Positions 8,215 through 16,746 of a stretch of DNA of 17,559 nucleotides are shown in pieces. Numbering within the stretch: the first letter of the stretch is position 1; the number at the start of each line of letters is the position of its first letter. This DNA is from a candidate division WOR-3 bacterium (lineage in GTDB: Bacteria; Hydrothermota; Tepidihabitantia; Tepidihabitantales; CAIPLT01). Below the pieces are notes generated by a model, which had not been told where the DNA came from, made no database searches, and worked only from the letters and a program-made list of their open reading frames with translations. The position numbers and the translations under genes are program-made. Where the stretch lies: assembly GCA_965649215.1 (NCBI GenBank), contig CBFGJZ010000031.1, forward strand, positions 1-17,559, given 5' to 3'.

Positions 8215-9123
8215 ATGATTAGAAGTATGACTGGTGTTGGTCGAGCCGAAAGCTTATTAGCCGGCAAAAAGACCAAAGTGGTTGTCGAAGTACGCTCAGC
8301 CAATCATAAATATTTAGAAGTTAATATGAAATTGCCAAACGTGCTGAGTGGCTATGAGAATCAAATTAAAGAATTAATCAGCAGTAAAATTAATCGCGGC
8401 TCAATCCAATTGTCGATTACGATTCAAGGTGCTAACGATGAGTTAAATCAAAGCCGTCTTAAATTTAATCGCACTTTAAGTTTAGATTATGAACTTTTAG
8501 CCAATCTGATTGATTTAGCAAAACAATTAAAGAGACGATATAAGTTAAGCGGTGATTTGGATGTCAATACGGTCTTGACTTATCCAGGTATGATTGTTGC
8601 AGTTCGTGCTGATGAGCAAGAAAAACAGAAAAACATTTGGTTACGGACCAAACAAGCCATTAACAAAGCTTTGGATGTACTAAACAATATGAAAAAAGAA
8701 GAAGGCGCTTTCTTATATCAGGATTTCATGCGACGCATCCAACGGATCTCGCAATTACTAAAAAATATTGAAGTGCGTAGCAATACGCTGCGTCGGCAGG
8801 TTCAAGAGAAGGCATTAGTCAATTATGTAAATCCGTCGGAGCATAATAGTGAGGCAAGTAATAATCAAGAGTTACTGGGTGCATCGCGTGCGACTGCTGA
8901 AGAAGTAGTCCGACTGAATAGTCATATCAGTTCTTTTCTGCGGACAATCAGCGGCCGAGCCACCAAAAGCGTGGGCCGAAGGTTAGAGTTTATTTTAGCC
9001 GAGATGCTTAGAGAAATTGAAACTATTTTAGCCAAAGGACGCGATACGCAGATCAGCCGGGATGGCATTCAAATTAAAGAAGAGATCGATGCTTTAAGAG
9101 AACAGGTTAGAAATGTTGAATAA
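8215..9123 (+). CDS. yicC: YicC/YloC family endoribonuclease
   Basis: MIRSMTGVG, EVRSANHKYLE, EEVVRLNSH, VGRRLEF, REQVRNVE; usual position upstream of gmk. Confidence 0.93.
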   Translation: MIRSMTGVGRAESLLAGKKTKVVVEVRSANHKYLEVNMKLPNVLSGYENQIKELISSKINRGSIQLSITIQGANDELNQSRLKFNRTLSLDYELLANLIDLAKQLKRRYKLSGDLDVNTVLTYPGMIVAVRADEQEKQKNIWLRTKQAINKALDVLNNMKKEEGAFLYQDFMRRIQRISQLLKNIEVRSNTLRRQVQEKALVNYVNPSEHNSEASNNQELLGASRATAEEVVRLNSHISSFLRTISGRATKSVGRRLEFILAEMLREIETILAKGRDTQISRDGIQIKEEIDALREQVRNVE

Positions 9124-9736
9124 TAAATTGTTGAGAAAAGGATATTATAAGCCAAAAATATTTGTTTTGGCATCGCCATCCGCTGCCGGCAAAACCACTT
9201 TGTGTTATGCGGCTGTAAAGAGAGATAAAAATATCTGGTATTCGGTCTCAGCGACAACTCGAGCTAAACGGCCTCATGAAAAAAACGGACGGGAGTATTA
9301 TTTTATCAGCGAAGAGAAGTTTCAAGAATGGGAAAAACAAGGAGAACTTTTAGAAACAACCGAAATCTATAATGCTAAATATGGCACACCGAAACAACCT
9401 TTACTCAACAAACTGAAGCGTGGCAAAGATGTGATTTTAGATTTAGACTTGGCTGGTGTCAAAGCGCTCAAGCGATTTTATCCTTATACGGTGAGCATTT
9501 ATATTATTCCGCCTTCTTTAAGGACACTTTGGCAGCGGTTAAAAAATCGCAGCCAAAGCAGTTCGGATAAAATTCATGACCGTTTTCAAAAAGCCAGTGC
9601 GGAAATCAACTATGTGTTTGAACAGATTGAAAAGAAAAAACCATTAATTGATTATGTAATTATCAATAATAAGTTAGAAACGGCGATTGCCGATTTAATG
9701 GCAATCATTCGTGCCGAACGATTAAAGGTTTTATAA
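9113..9736 (+). CDS. gmk: Guanylate kinase
   Basis: P-loop SPSAAGKTT, SVSATTRAKRPHEKNGREYYF, YGTP, IIPPS, DYVIINN; yicC-gmk-rpoZ-coaBC synteny. Confidence 0.95.
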   Translation: MLNNKLLRKGYYKPKIFVLASPSAAGKTTLCYAAVKRDKNIWYSVSATTRAKRPHEKNGREYYFISEEKFQEWEKQGELLETTEIYNAKYGTPKQPLLNKLKRGKDVILDLDLAGVKALKRFYPYTVSIYIIPPSLRTLWQRLKNRSQSSSDKIHDRFQKASAEINYVFEQIEKKKPLIDYVIINNKLETAIADLMAIIRAERLKVL

Positions 9737-9775
9737 TGAAGATATTAATATTAAAAAGAGAAAGAAAGGAGTTAT

Positions 9776-10225
9776 ATGAAGTTTATAGAATTAGAAAAAA
9801 TCTTTGAGAAAATTCCTAATAAATATTTAGCAATTGTTTTAGCCGCCAAAGAAGTACGGCGAGTTGCAGAACTTCGTAAGGCTGCGCAAGCACAGGCCGC
9901 AGAAAATATGGCCGAGAGTGCGATTGAAGAAATCAAACCGGTTACGAATCTTGAGGTTACGCCCAAGAAAAGAGGACGTAAAAGCAAAAGAGAAATTAGC
10001 GGGATGGTGGAAACAATAAAAATTTCGTCAAGTGAAGCACCAAAACCAGTTTCGGAAAGTGAACCCATCGCCGAAGTCGATGTTGAAATTGGAAGCGATA
10101 AAACGATTAGTGCAGTCGCTGCGGAAAAGAGCGAAGAAAATCCTTACATTGCGGCTCTAAAAAAGATCTTAAAGAAATATGATTTTACGAAACCAAAAGA
10201 TAAAACAGAAATAGGCAAAAATTAA
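9776..10225 (+). CDS. rpoZ: RNA polymerase omega subunit with a long internal low-complexity insertion
   Basis: N-terminal IPNKYLAIVLAAKEVRR matches omega; the last omega helix equivalent appears at ENPYIAALKKI. Lies between gmk and coaBC; SD AAGGAG. Confidence 0.8.
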   Translation: MKFIELEKIFEKIPNKYLAIVLAAKEVRRVAELRKAAQAQAAENMAESAIEEIKPVTNLEVTPKKRGRKSKREISGMVETIKISSSEAPKPVSESEPIAEVDVEIGSDKTISAVAAEKSEENPYIAALKKILKKYDFTKPKDKTEIGKN

Positions 10226-10228
10226 TAA

Positions 10229-11410
10229 GTGAACACTCAGAATAAGCTAATTTTAGGAATCACGGGCAGCATTGCTGCGTATAAGTCATTAGATTTACTG
10301 CGGGCTTTACAAAGACAAGGATATGATGTTTGGGTGGTGATGACCAAGCATGCGGAAAGATTTGTCAGTCCTTTATCATTTGAAACTTTATCTCATCATC
10401 CTGTTTTTACGGACATGTTTAGTCAAGCGACGACAATACCCCTCCATATTGATTTAACCAAAGATGTGAAAGCAGTACTTATTGCTCCAGCTACTGCAAA
10501 TATTATTGCGAAAGCAGCGAGTGGTATTGCTGATGATTTGCTTTCGACCATTATTCTTTCATCCGAAGCACCGCTTATTTTTGTGCCGGCAATGAATTAT
10601 CGAATGTGGCAAGCCTTGGTTACCCAAAAGAACATTGCCTATCTTAAGTCAATTGGCAGTTATTTTATTGAACCAGAGACAGGTGAGTTAGCCTGCCAAG
10701 AGATTGGCAAAGGCCATTTTCCTGCCCTTGATGTAATTCTTAGCGAATTAGCTAAAATCTTATTATCAAAACAATCCTTAGCGGGCAAGAAGATAGTTGT
10801 GACTGCGGGCCGAACCGAAGAAGCGATCGATCCGATTCGGGTTTTAACTAATCGTGCTAGTGGTCGACTGGGAGTCTTAATTGCACAAGCTTTAGAAAAA
10901 GCAGGAGCTAAAGTTATCTTAGTTGCCGCCAATCTAAATGTTGATTTGCCTTTTTTAGCTAAAACTATCAAAGTTATCTCGACCGATGAGATGCTTAAAG
11001 TGTTATTAAATGAAATGAGTGATGCGGATGCTTTAGTGATGACAGCCGCGGTAAGTGATTTTAGCCCAAGTCAAGTAAGTTCCCATAAGAGAAAAGATCA
11101 AGAAATTAGTTTGAAATTAAGACGCACACCGGATATTCTAAAAGCGATCCGCAAAAAATATCCTGATAAGTATTTAATTGGCTTTTCCGTTGATACCCAT
11201 AATCAACTACAATCCGCGCAACGCAAGTTAACAGAAAAAAAACTTAATCTCATTATCGCCAATCCCGTTGATACGATCGGCAGTGAATATATCCAGCCCA
11301 CTTTAATCTTTACCGACCGCAAGCAAAAGCTCGAACGACTGACGAAACAGCAATTCAGTGAAAAATTAGTAAGTATTATTAGTCAAGAGTTGGGTTATGA
11401 AAAACAATAA
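10229..11410 (+). CDS. coaBC: Bifunctional phosphopantothenoylcysteine decarboxylase / phosphopantothenate-cysteine ligase
   Basis: GITGSIAAYK, APATANIIAK, PAMNYRMW, GELAC, TAGRTEEAIDPIRVLTNRASG, AAVSDF. GTG start. Confidence 0.96.
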   Translation: MNTQNKLILGITGSIAAYKSLDLLRALQRQGYDVWVVMTKHAERFVSPLSFETLSHHPVFTDMFSQATTIPLHIDLTKDVKAVLIAPATANIIAKAASGIADDLLSTIILSSEAPLIFVPAMNYRMWQALVTQKNIAYLKSIGSYFIEPETGELACQEIGKGHFPALDVILSELAKILLSKQSLAGKKIVVTAGRTEEAIDPIRVLTNRASGRLGVLIAQALEKAGAKVILVAANLNVDLPFLAKTIKVISTDEMLKVLLNEMSDADALVMTAAVSDFSPSQVSSHKRKDQEISLKLRRTPDILKAIRKKYPDKYLIGFSVDTHNQLQSAQRKLTEKKLNLIIANPVDTIGSEYIQPTLIFTDRKQKLERLTKQQFSEKLVSIISQELGYEKQ

Positions 11411-12797
11411 GAATGAAGTAAATATTAGCGAAAAGACACCGCCCCAAGCCAATGAAGTGGAACAGGCAGTATTAGGGGCAATGCTTTTAGAACCCGAAGC
11501 CGTAGTTTGTGCTTTAGAGTATTTAGATGCGTCGTGCTTTTATTTAAATAGTCATAAGAAAATCTTTCAGGCTTTGAGTAATCTTTTTGAACGCAATGTA
11601 GCGATTGATGTTCTGACCGCGGCCGAAGAGTTAAATCGGATGCAGGAATTAGAAAACATTGGTGGCCGAGAATATCTTTCGACTTTAGTAGAATTAGTGG
11701 AGACAACTGCAAATATTGAAGAACATTGTAAATTAGTGTTAGAAAAGGCAGTGCAGCGAAAACTGATTCAAACCGCAACTCAGATTGTCTCGGAAAGTTA
11801 TTCGTCAACTGTAACCGCCGATGAATTATTAGACCGAGCCGAGCATCTCATCTTTGAGATTAAAGAAAGAAAGCTGCGTCGGGGCTTGGTCGCGATGAAA
11901 GATTTATTCATGCCATTGGTTAAAAAGATTGAAGATCGGTTTTCAGATCGAGAACCTCTAACAAGGGGTTTAAAGACGGGTTTTGACCGTTTAGATGAGT
12001 TAACCAGTGGTTTTCAACAAGGGGATTTAATTATTATTGCGGGACGACCAACCACTGGCAAAACATCATTGGCACTAAACATTGCAACTAATGTAACTAA
12101 AGAATATGATCGACCAGTGGCGATTTTCTCTTTAGAAATGACGACCGAAACTTTAATCGAACGAATTATCTGTTCAGAGGCAGGAATTCCATTTCAAACG
12201 ATTCGCAGCGGTAAACTATCCAGGACGCAATGGAACAGATTGTCGGTTGTTGCTGATTATTTAAAGCGTCTACCCATCTATATTGATGATTCGGCGTCCT
12301 TAAAAGTGCTTGAAATCAAAGCCAAAGCACGACGCTTAAAAGCAGAAAGTGATTTGGCAATGATTATCATTGATTATATCCAACTCTGTGAACCGAGTGT
12401 GCGGCTACCGCAGAGGACTCGGCAACAGGAAATTTCGGATATTTCCCGAGCATTAAAAGGATTGGCCAAAGAGCTTAATGTGGCGGTGGTTGCGTTATCC
12501 CAACTTTCGCGTATGCCTGAACGCAGAGAAGACAAACGGCCACAACTTGCTGACTTACGCGAATCTGGAGCGATTGAACAAGATGCAGATATGGTGTTAA
12601 TGTTATATCGGCCAGAGGTTTATTTGGAAAATCGGGATAAACCTGAATTACAAGGTTATGCCGAACTGAATATAGCTAAACAACGTAATGGACCAACCGA
12701 TATAGTGAAATTAACTTATCGTAAAGAGATTATGAAGTTTGAAAATTATATCCCAGAGCCGTCCGTGCCATTACCTGACTTTGAAGATGAATTCTAA
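11397..12797 (+). CDS. dnaB: Replicative DNA helicase
   Basis: PPQ..E.EQAVLG, Walker A GRPTTGKT, FSLEM, IDYIQL, LSQLSR, DLRESGAIEQDAD, AKQRNGP. No intein visible. Confidence 0.98.
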   Translation: MKNNKNEVNISEKTPPQANEVEQAVLGAMLLEPEAVVCALEYLDASCFYLNSHKKIFQALSNLFERNVAIDVLTAAEELNRMQELENIGGREYLSTLVELVETTANIEEHCKLVLEKAVQRKLIQTATQIVSESYSSTVTADELLDRAEHLIFEIKERKLRRGLVAMKDLFMPLVKKIEDRFSDREPLTRGLKTGFDRLDELTSGFQQGDLIIIAGRPTTGKTSLALNIATNVTKEYDRPVAIFSLEMTTETLIERIICSEAGIPFQTIRSGKLSRTQWNRLSVVADYLKRLPIYIDDSASLKVLEIKAKARRLKAESDLAMIIIDYIQLCEPSVRLPQRTRQQEISDISRALKGLAKELNVAVVALSQLSRMPERREDKRPQLADLRESGAIEQDADMVLMLYRPEVYLENRDKPELQGYAELNIAKQRNGPTDIVKLTYRKEIMKFENYIPEPSVPLPDFEDEF

Positions 12798-12839
12798 ACT
12801 GAAATGACAAGGGCAATAATTAAATTAGGATAATTATTT

Positions 12840-14225
12840 ATGGCAAAAGCAAGCAAAACGGTTTATGTTTGTCAGAACTGTGGTAGCGAAAGTGCAAAAT
12901 GGTTAGGTCGGTGTCCCTCGTGTGGTAGTTGGAATAGTTTAGTAGAAGAGTTAAAAACAAAAAGCCAAGCCACAAAAAAATCAAGCAAGGCAGTGTTCCA
13001 GGCCGTGTCAATCAGTAATGTGCCGTTAGTAGGTAAATTGCGCCGTCCGACGAATATTAGAGAATTAGACCAAGTTTTGGGCGGTGGTATTGTCAGTGGT
13101 TCCATTATTTTAATTGGTGGTGAACCGGGCATTGGCAAGTCAACTCTAACCTTACAAATTGCTGACCAGATGAGCCGACAGAGTAAAGATAATATTCTCT
13201 ATGTTTCGGGTGAAGAGTCGTTAGAACAGATTAAATTAAGAGCAGAGCGGTTGGCTATTAAAAGCGAACAGATTTATCTTTTAGCGGAAAATCTTTTAGA
13301 AAATATTCTGATGCAGATTGATTTGCTAAAACCCAGTCTGGTGATTATTGATTCAATTCAGACAATTTATTCGGAAAAGTTGGTGTCGAGTCCTGGCAGT
13401 GTTGGTCAGGTGCGCGAGTGCACGGCAGAAATTTTACGAGCCATTAAAAGTAAAGGCGAAGCAGCCCCGGCCGTGATAATCGTTGGTCATATTACTAAAT
13501 TTGGTGCGATTGCTGGTCCGAAAACATTAGAACATATTGTTGATGTGGTGTTATATTTTGAAGGTGACAAATTTGGTCAATATCGGATTTTACGAGCCAG
13601 CAAGAACCGATTTGGCTCGACCCAAGAGATTGGTATCTTTGAAATGGCAGAGCATGGCTTGGTTGGTGTTGAGAGTCCTTCCTTGCTTTTTTTATCTCAA
13701 AACCAAAGGCAAGAAGAGACCCCGCGAGTTGGTTCAGTAGTGATTGCGACGATTGAAGGTACTCGTCCAATACTCTTAGAAATTCAAGCCCTAACCGCAC
13801 CAAGTTATTATACTTATCCGCAAAGGGTGAGCACAGGTTTTGATTTACGCAGGTTAGCCATGCTCTTGTGTGTGTTAGAACGGCATGCGGATTTTAATAT
13901 CGGCAATCATGATATCTTTGTTAATATAAGCGGTGGTTTAAAGATTAATGAGAGTGGAGCCGATTTAGGGGTTTGTGTTGCGATTGCATCGTCATTCCGC
14001 AATAAACCCATTAACGCTAAAACTGCAGTTATCGGCGAAGTCTCATTAGCGGGTGAAATCCGAGCGGTTAGTCAAATGAAAAATCGTTTCAATGAGTGTG
14101 TAAAATTAGGGATCAAGACGATTGTAGCACCACATACCAACCAAATCGATAAGAAAGATAAAAAGTTTGAGATTTTTAGTGCGGGAAATATTAATCAGGC
14201 ATTAGAAATTTTAGGTATTAAGTAA
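12840..14225 (+). CDS. radA: DNA repair protein RadA/Sms
   Basis: Zn finger CQNC...CPSC, Walker A GEPGIGKST, DSIQT, KNRFG motif, Lon-like C-terminal domain GEVSLAGEIR. Confidence 0.98.
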   Translation: MAKASKTVYVCQNCGSESAKWLGRCPSCGSWNSLVEELKTKSQATKKSSKAVFQAVSISNVPLVGKLRRPTNIRELDQVLGGGIVSGSIILIGGEPGIGKSTLTLQIADQMSRQSKDNILYVSGEESLEQIKLRAERLAIKSEQIYLLAENLLENILMQIDLLKPSLVIIDSIQTIYSEKLVSSPGSVGQVRECTAEILRAIKSKGEAAPAVIIVGHITKFGAIAGPKTLEHIVDVVLYFEGDKFGQYRILRASKNRFGSTQEIGIFEMAEHGLVGVESPSLLFLSQNQRQEETPRVGSVVIATIEGTRPILLEIQALTAPSYYTYPQRVSTGFDLRRLAMLLCVLERHADFNIGNHDIFVNISGGLKINESGADLGVCVAIASSFRNKPINAKTAVIGEVSLAGEIRAVSQMKNRFNECVKLGIKTIVAPHTNQIDKKDKKFEIFSAGNINQALEILGIK

Positions 14226-14333
14226 TGAAAATTAAAACCACGCAAAATCAGTATCCGGTTAATAGAGGTCTCAAAACTAATCAACTATTAATTAACACAA
14301 GAAGCGTGGTTAGAAGTGTAAAGGAGTATTAAT

Positions 14334-14948
14334 ATGTTGTTTAGAAAAAAAGAAAAGACTTATATTTTAGATGAACAGAGTTTAAGCAATAGCCGTTGTA
14401 CCCCATTAATTGAAAAAGGTATTTTTCAAGGTCAGTTTCTCTTAATGCGTCAACCAATCTATGAAGTAATTCCTGCCAATGTCAGTCGCGATGAGTTGAT
14501 TGAAAAAAGAATTAAAGAAAATATCGAGCGGATTAAAAAAGCCAGCAGCAATAAAGTTAAAATCTATGAAGAGCAGTTAAACAAAAATGACTTTCTAAAA
14601 CTGGCTCAAAAACATAAAGCAACTATCATTGTTTCAACAAACGACACTTATAATTTACTGGCGAGCAGTCTTAACGAGCACCATAAAGATGTTAAGATTA
14701 TTAATCTTAATGAACTTTATGAAATCTTAAAGCCCGATTATCTGCCGGGTTCAGAGTTCAAGGTGATTGTTTCTAAAAAAGGCAAAGAAGAAGACGAAGG
14801 CATTGGTTATTTAGAAGGCGGTATCAAAGTTGTCATCAGTGGTGGCGCAAAAGCAATGGGTAAAGAGATTGAAGTTATAGTCCAAGGTTCAATTGAGACT
14901 AATGTTGGTAAGCTAATCTTTGCCCGACCTAAGTATCAAGAAATGTAA
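14334..14948 (+). CDS. PIN-like/TRAM domain protein (YacL-like, lacking the N-terminal membrane region)
   Basis: C-terminal INLNELYEILKP..LPG...GKEEDEGIGYLEGGIKVVI...ETNVGKLIFA matches the YacL TRAM region; located downstream of radA as in the known radA-yacL synteny; SD AAGGAG. Confidence 0.8.
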   Translation: MLFRKKEKTYILDEQSLSNSRCTPLIEKGIFQGQFLLMRQPIYEVIPANVSRDELIEKRIKENIERIKKASSNKVKIYEEQLNKNDFLKLAQKHKATIIVSTNDTYNLLASSLNEHHKDVKIINLNELYEILKPDYLPGSEFKVIVSKKGKEEDEGIGYLEGGIKVVISGGAKAMGKEIEVIVQGSIETNVGKLIFARPKYQEM

Positions 14949-14996
14949 AATAAAAAGATTATTTTACTAAAAAAATACTCGTACCTACATTACACT

Positions 14997-15121
14997 CCTT
15001 CGCAATGACAAAAGTGAGAAGACTGTCGGTAAGATTGCTTCGGTCGCTTTGCTCCCTCGCAAAGACATAATACAAGGTGTCATTGCGAGCGAATGAAATG
15101 AGCGTGGCAATCTTGCCGACC
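14997..15121. repeat. REP/REPIN-like palindromic element between convergent genes
   Basis: Inverted halves GTCGGTAAGATTGC...CTCGCAAAGACA / TGTCATTGCGAG...GCAATCTTGCCGAC form a long hairpin (15025-15120). A partial end TCGCAATGACA lies near 15000. Confidence 0.85.
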
Positions 15122-15152
15122 GTAATTAAAATATAAAGGAATTGGGTTATTT

Positions 15153-16067
15153 TTACGATGCAGTCACTTCCAGCATTCTTTGTAATGCTTGTCGAGCTTT
15201 CAGGGCTATGGGTTCGGGCACTAAAATCTCATTGGTTTCATTTTCCAAGACATCTAAAACTTTTTCTAAAGTGGTCTTTTTCATATTAACACAGATGGCA
15301 GTTCGTTTTAAGGGATAACAGATTTTTTCCGGATAATCATACTTAATCCGATTGCACATACCTGCTTCAGTGCCCAAAACAATTTCAGGATACTCTTTGG
15401 CTAATTTAACCATCCCACTGGTGGACGCGACAAAATCGGCAATTTTAGTCACTTCGCTCAAGCATTCAGGATGGACAATAATCTTTGCATTGGGATAATC
15501 ATTACGGGCTTTGATAACATCCTGGGCTGTGAAATATAAAGCGTGGACATAACAAAACCCCTCCCAAGCAATAAGTTCTCTTTGAGTTTGGTCCTGCACA
15601 TACGCAGCCAGATTTTTATCAGGCACAAATAAGATTTTTTGTGCCTTGGGAATAGAATTGACGACTTTGACCGCATTGGCAGAAGTGCAACAGATATCAG
15701 ATTCGGCTTTAACATCCGCAGGGGTATTGACATAAGCAACGACCACCACATCACCCAGTTCTTTTTTCTTCTGCACCAATGCTTCAGCGACAATCATATC
15801 TGCCATTTCACAACCCGCATTCTTATCAGGCAGTAAGACTTTGGCCGTGGGGTTTAGGATTTTAGCGGTTTCTGCCATAAAATGCACTCCGCAGAAGACA
15901 ATAATGTTAGCTTGGGTGCTTTGGGCTTTTTGGGATAAATCGAGCGAATCGCCAATAAAATCAGCAATCTCATAGAGTTCAGGTCGTTGATAATTATGGA
16001 CTAAGATGACTGCGTTCTTGGCCTGTTTTAAGGAGAGAATCTTTTCAATCAATAATTTATCTTCCAT
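15153..16067 (-). CDS. nadA: Quinolinate synthase A
   Basis: [66 protein letters not shown]. Confidence 0.98.
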   Translation of the reverse strand: MEDKLLIEKILSLKQAKNAVILVHNYQRPELYEIADFIGDSLDLSQKAQSTQANIIVFCGVHFMAETAKILNPTAKVLLPDKNAGCEMADMIVAEALVQKKKELGDVVVVAYVNTPADVKAESDICCTSANAVKVVNSIPKAQKILFVPDKNLAAYVQDQTQRELIAWEGFCYVHALYFTAQDVIKARNDYPNAKIIVHPECLSEVTKIADFVASTSGMVKLAKEYPEIVLGTEAGMCNRIKYDYPEKICYPLKRTAICVNMKKTTLEKVLDVLENETNEILVPEPIALKARQALQRMLEVTAS

Positions 16068-16073
16068 ATAATC

Positions 16074-16114
16074 TTTTGCTTATCACATTATAAGCAAAAT
16101 CTTATAAAATACAA
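16074..16114 (-). promoter_or_regulatory. nadA promoter overlapped by a 10-bp inverted repeat (candidate operator)
   Basis: TTGTAT (16114-16109), 16 bp spacer, TATAAT (16092-16087). Inverted repeat TTTTGCTTAT-N6-ATAAGCAAAA spans 16074-16099 and covers the -10. Confidence 0.55.
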
Positions 16115-16153
16115 GAAGTAAGACTTTTGCTAATATTTTGCGTCATTGTTCAT

Positions 16154-16350
16154 TGTCATTGCGAGACTATGAAGCAGTCATGGTAATTTTGCCAACACCC
16201 CTTCCCGTCATTGCGAGCGAATGAAATGAGCGTGGCAATCTTGCATACGGCAACAAGATGAGATTGCTTCGTCGCTTTGCTCCTCGCAAAGACATAATAC
16301 AAAGTGTCATTGCGAGCGAATGAAATGAGCGTGGCAATCTTACCGACAGT
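16154..16350. repeat. Cluster of the same REP/REPIN-like family (three forward halves, one reverse half)
   Basis: GTCATTGCGAG starts near 16155 (degenerate), 16207 and 16306; reverse half AGATTGCTTCGTCGCTTTGCTCCTCGCAAAGACA at 16261. 16261-16347 matches 15032-15120 with two substitutions and two single-base indels. Confidence 0.88.
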
Positions 16351-16406
16351 AAAAATTAAAATAAAAATCTTTAATATCTCAAAATCCAAGCGGTCTGTTT
16401 AACCTT

Positions 16407-16622
16407 ATAGGTTATCATCTCGGTTATCTTAAAGGACACCTATTAGGTGACCTATAGGGTAGCCCCCGGGCTCACCTTTTAGGTGACCTGCGGGCTTAAT
16501 TATGAGATAACTTATTAGGTCGCTAATTAGGTTATCTATTATGATAATCAGTAAGTTAGATAAGAGATGACTTGACAGGTTATCTAAATGATAAACAAGT
16601 AGGTGATAAAGAAGGTTAAGTG
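16407..16622. repeat. Degenerate 12-bp-period array, about 18 units, consensus near TTAGGT(T/G)A(T/C)CTA
   Basis: In-phase units include ATAGGTTATCAT, CTCGGTTATCTT, AAAGGACACCTA, TTAGGTGACCTA, TTAGGTGACCTG, TTAGGTCGCTAA, TTAGGTTATCTA, ACAGGTTATCTA, GTAGGTGATAAA. No indels are needed to keep phase. Confidence 0.75.
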
Positions 16623-16636
16623 GGCTCCCACAATTA

Positions 16637-16746
16637 TTTTTTTTTGCGAAAGAGGTTTTCAAACTTGAAAGGGCAAGTGCGAAATTTACCGTCAAGAACA
16701 AACGCATCACGCTTTATGCCTTAACATATAGCGTCAAGCGTTATCT
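16637..16746. repeat. Degenerate terminal copy of the 99-bp unit
   Basis: 16651-16685 matches 16761-16795 at 29 of 35 positions ungapped, followed by decayed heptamers (ACGCATC ACGCTTT ... TAGCGTC AAGCGTT). Confidence 0.65.

Noticed and set aside
9160-9200. Inactive gmk because the P-loop reads SPSAAGKTT
   Set aside because: The GKT core and GMP-binding motifs are intact; this looks like ordinary divergence.
148-15836. Short ORFs overlapping assigned genes (e.g. 148..381, 483..686, 673..894, 717..941, 1884..2237, 5898..6389, 9772..10068, 10660..10971, 11425..11808, 12872..13138, 15458..15793)
   Set aside because: Antisense or alternate-frame shadows of well-supported genes, with no recognisable motifs.
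16156-16710. ORFs 16156..16389 and 16429..16710 as real genes
   Set aside because: Both are translations of repeat DNA (REP-like halves and the 12-bp array) and lack SDs.
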